Shown piece after piece: positions 59,325-64,000 of a DNA stretch of 64,000 bases. The stretch spans positions 65,199 to 129,198 of the forward strand of contig OZ245718.1 of assembly GCA_965227045.1 (NCBI GenBank), given 5' to 3'. Origin of the DNA: Actinomycetes bacterium (GTDB lineage: Bacteria; Actinomycetota; Actinomycetes; S36-B12). Both the position numbers and the translations under genes were made by a program. The number at the start of each line of letters is the position of its first letter. Within the stretch, counting starts at the first letter, position 1. The notes beneath the pieces are model-generated. The model saw only the letters and a program-made list of their open reading frames with translations. It made no database searches and was not told the DNA's origin.

Positions 59325-60210
59325 TGAGACGACTGTGGACGCAGTAGAAGCGAAGGTTCCCAGCGAGCTCAGCCGCCTCGAGGCCGGCCTCGACGCCTTG
59401 GAGACGGGCGGCCGCCAGAAGGCCAGCGTTCAAAGTGTCATCGGCCGCGCGCTATCACCGCTGATCGCGATCGTCGTCATCATCGTGATCTGGCAACTGG
59501 TCTTCTTGTCCGGATGGCAGCCCGAGTACATCATTCCGTCTCCCGGGCAGGTGTGGGATGCGCTGTCCAACCAGGCGGCCCAGGACATCCTGTGGCAGGC
59601 GACCTTCAACAGCATCTTCCGCGCGGCGAAGGGCTTCCTCCTCGCGCTGTTCATCGCAACCCCGATTGGGCTGCTGCTCGGACTGAACAGCTGGGCGCGC
59701 TCGATCTTCCGTCCGATCCTCACCGGCCTGCAGCAGTTGCCGTCGGTCGCATGGGTGCCCGCCGCCATCATCTGGTTCGGCCTGTCTGACGCCACGATCT
59801 ACACGGTCATCCTGTTGGGCGCGGTCCCGTCGATCTCGATCGGACTGATCAACGGCATCGACCAGACGCCGCCGCTCTATCTTCGAGCAGGAAAGGTGCT
59901 CGGGGCCAAGGGCTTCGCACGGATCTACCACATCGTTCTGCCTGCAGCGTGGCCCGGATATCTCGCCGGGCTCGAGCAGGGCTGGGCCTTCGCCTGGCGC
60001 TCGCTGATGGCTGCCGAGCTCATCGCGGTATCGCCTGCACTCGGCCCGGGACTGGGTCAGATGCTCGACACCGGCCGCACCCTTGGGGACATGGCCCTGG
60101 TTCTCGGGTCGATCGCGATGATCATGGCGGTCGGCGTGCTTGTCGAGCGCGTGATCTTCTCGCCGATCCGGCAGCGCACTCTGCGGAACCGAGGCCTCGT
60201 CATCAGGTAG
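59317..60210 (+). CDS. ABC transporter permease (SsuC/TauC-like, BPD-type)
   Basis: Six TM segments and an EAA-like loop (LYLRAGKVLGAKGFARIYHIVLPAAWP). It overlaps the ATPase gene by 8 nt. Confidence 0.88.
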   Translation: MPNETTVDAVEAKVPSELSRLEAGLDALETGGRQKASVQSVIGRALSPLIAIVVIIVIWQLVFLSGWQPEYIIPSPGQVWDALSNQAAQDILWQATFNSIFRAAKGFLLALFIATPIGLLLGLNSWARSIFRPILTGLQQLPSVAWVPAAIIWFGLSDATIYTVILLGAVPSISIGLINGIDQTPPLYLRAGKVLGAKGFARIYHIVLPAAWPGYLAGLEQGWAFAWRSLMAAELIAVSPALGPGLGQMLDTGRTLGDMALVLGSIAMIMAVGVLVERVIFSPIRQRTLRNRGLVIR

Positions 60211-60250
60211 CCCGCGCGGGTGCCGAACGGCAGTGGGAGAGAATGCAGTC

Positions 60251-61153
60251 ATGGCCAATACCCCGTTCAGCGCCCGAGGCGCCGTCGACCTCGGCGCCCT
60301 CGCCACGACCCGCCAGAACCAGCAGCGAGCCGCGGAGGCGATGGCCTCGGCGCCTGCCGGGATCGTGATCGACGTGACCGTCGAGAGCTTCCAGGCCGAC
60401 GTCATCGATCGTTCGCTGACGGTCCCTGTCGTCATCGACATGCGTGCGGAGTGGGCCGAGCCGAGCAAGCAGCTGTCGCCGATCCTCGAACGACTGGCGG
60501 CCGAGTACGGCGGGCAGTTCATCCTGGCCCGCGTCGACGTCGAAGCCCAGCAGCAGATCGCCGCCGCATTCCAGGTGCAGTCGATCCCCAGCGTGTTCGC
60601 CGTCATCAAGGGCCAGCCGGTCCCGTTGTTCCAGGGTGCGTACCCGGAGGCGGAGATTCGTCAGATCCTCAACGAACTGCTGCGCGTTGCCGCAGAGCAG
60701 GGCATCACGGGAACGATTGGCGACGAATCAGGGGTGGTCGAGGCAGAGGAGGTCGAAGCACCGCTGGATCCGCGCTTCGAGGCCGCGTACGAGGCCATCG
60801 AGGCGGGCGACTGGGTGGCGGCCGAGAAGGCCTACCGCACGGTCCTTGCCGGCGCTCCCGCAGACGCCGACGCTGCCGCCGGGCTTGCTCTGGTCGGCCT
60901 GTACCGGCGCACGGAGGGTCTCGACGAACCGGCGACGATCAACGACGACGCGTCCACGCTCCTCGCGGCCGACTTCGCCGCGTTGGCCAACGACTGGGCC
61001 ACGGCGTTCCGCCTGGCCACCGACGTCGTGCGACGGACCTCCGGTGAGGAGCGCGAGGATGCGCGCGCCCGCATGCTCGACTTCTTCATCATGGCGGGCG
61101 ACGATCCGGCCGTCATCCCGGCTCGCGCGGCGCTGGCCAGCGCGCTCTACTAG
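60251..61153 (+). CDS. Thioredoxin-fold plus TPR-like protein (YbbN/CnoX-like) lacking the CxxC motif
   Basis: The thioredoxin-like N-terminal part (PVVIDMRAEWAEPSKQLSPILERLA...VQSIPSVFAV) has no Cys where WCGPC would sit. The C-terminal part is helical and TPR-like. Confidence 0.7.
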   Translation: MANTPFSARGAVDLGALATTRQNQQRAAEAMASAPAGIVIDVTVESFQADVIDRSLTVPVVIDMRAEWAEPSKQLSPILERLAAEYGGQFILARVDVEAQQQIAAAFQVQSIPSVFAVIKGQPVPLFQGAYPEAEIRQILNELLRVAAEQGITGTIGDESGVVEAEEVEAPLDPRFEAAYEAIEAGDWVAAEKAYRTVLAGAPADADAAAGLALVGLYRRTEGLDEPATINDDASTLLAADFAALANDWATAFRLATDVVRRTSGEEREDARARMLDFFIMAGDDPAVIPARAALASALY

Positions 61154-61162
61154 GGATTCGTC

Positions 61163-61525
61163 GTGGCCAGCCGGTGGGCCGGAGTGACGATCGACTGCGC
61201 GGATCCCGAACGCCTGGCCAGGTTCTGGAGTTCCCTTCTCGACCTGCCGGTCTCCGACGAGCACGACGGTCCGAACTGGGCCACAGTCGGTTCACGACAC
61301 GGGCCTACCCCTCGACTGACGTTTCAACGTGTGCCCGAGCCGAAGACCGCAAAGGTGCGCCTGCACCTTGACGTGGAGGTCGACGACATCGATGCGGGCC
61401 GCGGTCGGGTCGAGGATCTCGGCGGCAGTTGGACGGGGGAGCGGCATGACTACGACGAGGGCGTCGTCCTGGTGATGCACGATCCCGAGCAGCACGAGTT
61501 CTGCATCGTGCAGTACTACGCGTGA
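61163..61525 (+). CDS. VOC/glyoxalase-like family protein
   Basis: 120 aa. Contains VTIDCADPERLARFWSSLL and RLHLDVEVDD. Confidence 0.7.
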   Translation: MASRWAGVTIDCADPERLARFWSSLLDLPVSDEHDGPNWATVGSRHGPTPRLTFQRVPEPKTAKVRLHLDVEVDDIDAGRGRVEDLGGSWTGERHDYDEGVVLVMHDPEQHEFCIVQYYA

Positions 61526-61531
61526 TCGTGG

Positions 61532-62575
61532 TCAGACCAGGTCCGGGTAGTGCGCCCTGACTAGCTCGGGGTAGCTGCGCACGTAGTAGTTCCACATCTG
61601 CTCTCCGAACACCGGCACGGGCGCGCTGGCAATGCCGTCCGTTCCCGCGAGCAGTTCCTCCCGCTTGGCCATGAAGCAGGCATCGCGGTGTCGCGGGCTT
61701 GCGGCGACTGCGTCCGGAAAACGCGTGTCAAGATCCAGCGGCTCGAGGCTGGTTCGAAGATCCGGCCCGTGGAAGTAGGCGGACGAGTAGCGCTGCTGGG
61801 CGGCGATCACCCGGTGCGTCGTGGCGACGAGGTAGTTGCCGGTCATCGACTGCAGCATCTCGCCAAGATTGATGACGAAAGCTCCCGGAGTGGGCGGCAC
61901 GTCGATCCAGTCGCCGTCGGGGTTCAGGACCTGCAGGCCGCCCACGCCGTGCTGGATGAGGATGGTCAGGAAGCCGGCATCGTGATGGCCGTTCACGCCG
62001 GCCTCACCGGCAGGCGTCGGCGGATAGGAGATCAGCTTGGCGAACGACAGTGGCCGCTCGCCGAACACTCGGGCGAAGGTGTCCTCGGGCAGGTGCAGCC
62101 CGATCGCGAGGATTGCCATCAACTCGTCGGCAAGCGCGGACATCCGTGACATGAACTCATCGACCTGTGCGTGGAAGCCTGGCAGTACTTCTTCCGGCAG
62201 CCACTGGTTCGGTCCGTCGAGGCGCAGGTAGGCCGGCAGCACGCCAGCGGGATAGGTGGGGTTCTCCGTCGACAGGTCCAACTGCTCGCGGTAGTCGACG
62301 CGGTTGGCCGTCAACTCGGCGCCGACGCGCTCCCAACCGCGAAAGTGCGGTGACCGCTGCTTGTCGATCAGCGCCTTGTCATCTGGGGGGAGCGCGAAGA
62401 AGGCCTGCATCATCGACAGGTGCCGGTCGAGGAACTCCTGGTCCACGCCGTGGTCGACGAGCGTGAAGAAGCCCACCTCATGACCGGCCCGTACGACCTC
62501 GGCGGCGAACTGAGTTCGATCCACGGAACGGTCCTGCCATGCGGCAAGGGACACGACCGGGATCGAGGTGAACAT
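61532..62575 (-). CDS. 2-oxoglutarate/Fe(II)-dependent oxygenase (isopenicillin N synthase-like family)
   Basis: From MFTSIPVVSL. It has a DIOX_N-like start and a HxD...H facial triad context (GHHDAGFLTIL...ATTHRV). Confidence 0.8.
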   Translation of the reverse strand: MFTSIPVVSLAAWQDRSVDRTQFAAEVVRAGHEVGFFTLVDHGVDQEFLDRHLSMMQAFFALPPDDKALIDKQRSPHFRGWERVGAELTANRVDYREQLDLSTENPTYPAGVLPAYLRLDGPNQWLPEEVLPGFHAQVDEFMSRMSALADELMAILAIGLHLPEDTFARVFGERPLSFAKLISYPPTPAGEAGVNGHHDAGFLTILIQHGVGGLQVLNPDGDWIDVPPTPGAFVINLGEMLQSMTGNYLVATTHRVIAAQQRYSSAYFHGPDLRTSLEPLDLDTRFPDAVAASPRHRDACFMAKREELLAGTDGIASAPVPVFGEQMWNYYVRSYPELVRAHYPDLV

Positions 62576-62676
62576 GCCCGATCCTCTCAGCACGCGTCGC
62601 TCCTCGCCAGCGCCTATCTGTAGTAATCCTATGGAGTTAGTTTGCTTTATGCCCTGCCGGGTGGCATGGTGCCGCC

Positions 62677-63297
62677 ATGCATCAGTCAGTCACGACCTCG
62701 TCGCGCCGCCGTGGGATCGATCGCCTGCGCGCCCTGGGCGCGCGAGCACTGGCGCACGCTCGAAGTGACGTCGCGTCCGCAATCGAGCGAGACCCGGCCG
62801 CGCGAAGCCCGTGGGAGGTAGCCCTGCTGTATCCCGGGGTGCACGCCGTGTGGGCACATCGGGTGAGCCACGCGCTGTGGAACCAGGGCAACTACGCGCC
62901 CGCGCGAACGGTCTCGCAGGCCGCGCGCTTCCTCACCGGCATCGAGATCCACCCGGCCGCGGTACTCGGACCGCGCCTGTTCATCGACCACGGAGTCGGC
63001 GTCGTCATCGGCGAGACCGCCGAGGTTGGCGCAGACGTGACGATCCAGCAGGGCGTCACCCTCGGCGGCACGGGAACCCACCGGATAAAGCGTCACCCGA
63101 CGATCGGCGATCGGGTGAGCATCGGCGCCGGCGCCAAGATCCTCGGTCCGGTCACAGTCGGTCACGGTTCGAAGATCGGTGCGAACGCGGTGCTCGTCAG
63201 GTCGGTGGATCTCAACACGACTGTGCTGTCGCCGGCTCCCGACATCGCGGCTCAGGACTCTGCGGACTCCTCCGGTACGGAGACTTCGCCGGAGTAG
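62677..63297 (+). CDS. cysE: Serine O-acetyltransferase
   Basis: Contains [20 protein letters not shown] and hexapeptide repeats ([16 protein letters not shown]...TLGGTG...[20 protein letters not shown]). Confidence 0.9.
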   Translation: MHQSVTTSSRRRGIDRLRALGARALAHARSDVASAIERDPAARSPWEVALLYPGVHAVWAHRVSHALWNQGNYAPARTVSQAARFLTGIEIHPAAVLGPRLFIDHGVGVVIGETAEVGADVTIQQGVTLGGTGTHRIKRHPTIGDRVSIGAGAKILGPVTVGHGSKIGANAVLVRSVDLNTTVLSPAPDIAAQDSADSSGTETSPE

Positions 63298-64000
63298 ATG
63301 AAGTAGCTCGTCGCCATGGGGGGCAAGGACAGGTGCGCCGATGCGGGACGACCGTGCCACGGCGAGTCGTATGCCTCGATCGCGCCGTAGTTGCCGACCC
63401 CCGAGCCGCCGTACTCGGAGGCGTCGGTGTTGAGGATTTCCGTCCAGGTGCCGGCGAACGGCAGGCCGAGCTGGTAGCCCTCGCGCGCCACGGGCGCAAG
63501 GTTGGCGATCACGGCCACGCAACTGCCGTCGTCGCCCCAGCGCAGCCAGCTGAACGCATTCGACGCGGAGTCATTCGCATCGATCCACTCGAAGCCGCTC
63601 GAGTCGTCGTCGCGCTGCCACAGTGCGGGCGTGCCGACGTACAGGTGGTTCAGATCGGTGACGGTCTGCAGGATGCCGGCGTGCTCGGGGAACTGCAGGA
63701 GCCACCAGTCGAGCCCGCGTTCGCTCGACCATTCTGAGGACTGCGCGAACTCCGAGCCCATGAACAGCAGCTTCTTGCCCGGGTGCGCCCACATGAAGGC
63801 GAGGTAGGCGCGCAGGTTGGCCAGTTCCTGCCAGCGGTCCCCGGGCATCCGCGCAACCAGCGAGCCCTTGCCGTGGACGACCTCGTCGTGCGAGATCGGC
63901 AGGATGAAGTGCTCGCTGTAGGCGTAGACCATCGAGAAGGTCATCTCGTTGTGGTGGTACTGGCGATGGATCGGCTCGTGCGAGATGTAGTCGAGGCTGT
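63252..64000 (-). CDS. glgB: 1,4-alpha-glucan branching enzyme, C-terminal part; the 5' end lies outside the window
   Basis: [34 protein letters not shown]...[14 protein letters not shown] is the conserved GlgB C-terminal region. The frame stays open to the window edge. Confidence 0.9.
   Translation of the reverse strand, partial: SLDYISHEPIHRQYHHNEMTFSMVYAYSEHFILPISHDEVVHGKGSLVARMPGDRWQELANLRAYLAFMWAHPGKKLLFMGSEFAQSSEWSSERGLDWWLLQFPEHAGILQTVTDLNHLYVGTPALWQRDDDSSGFEWIDANDSASNAFSWLRWGDDGSCVAVIANLAPVAREGYQLGLPFAGTWTEILNTDASEYGGSGVGNYGAIEAYDSPWHGRPASAHLSLPPMATSYFIYSGEVSVPEESAES

Overview
This is a high-GC actinobacterial chromosome segment. Gene order and several gene architectures suggest a Micrococcales-type Actinomycetota, but that is inference only. 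Most of the window is conserved housekeeping synteny: argS-lysA, hom-thrC-thrB, rho, rpmE-prfA-prmC-tsaC-glyA-wecA, and a complete F1Fo ATP synthase operon (two small upstream membrane genes plus atpBEFHAGDC). It also holds a PduO-type adenosyltransferase, murA and nucS. The metabolic and accessory content includes:
- an oleA-oleBC-oleD long-chain olefin cluster;
- a convergent tgt/yhhQ queuosine-salvage pair;
- one tRNA-Arg(CCG);
- aqpZ plus a truncated paralogue;
- scattered ethylmalonyl-CoA pathway genes (meaA/ecm, a double-module hbd, ccr-mce, thiolase-meaB);
- an ABC-2 exporter;
- a Cys-free Rrf2 regulator next to an SsuABC-like importer;
- cysE and the 3' part of glgB.

I found no CRISPR array, transposase, integrase, phage gene or recognisable defence, toxin or secretion module. 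I therefore cannot point to a convincing multi-gene novel system. The most unusual loci are:
1. A dead-NPA, truncated aquaporin paralogue fused to a Pro/Glu-rich spacer and a Lys-rich tail (16090-17220).
2. A two-gene HTH module bracketed by two identical 29-bp hairpins (7194-8024).
3. A 94-bp near-perfect inverted repeat next to tRNA-Arg, whose AT-rich 13-mer recurs just upstream of the yhhQ start codon.
4. A signal-peptide, Vps62-like, polytopic membrane protein (44674-46578).
5. An AT-rich perfect palindrome in the Rrf2/ABC divergent region.

All calls come from reading the ORF translations and the DNA by eye. Start codons are often ambiguous in this GC range. Family assignments are by remembered motifs, not by searches.
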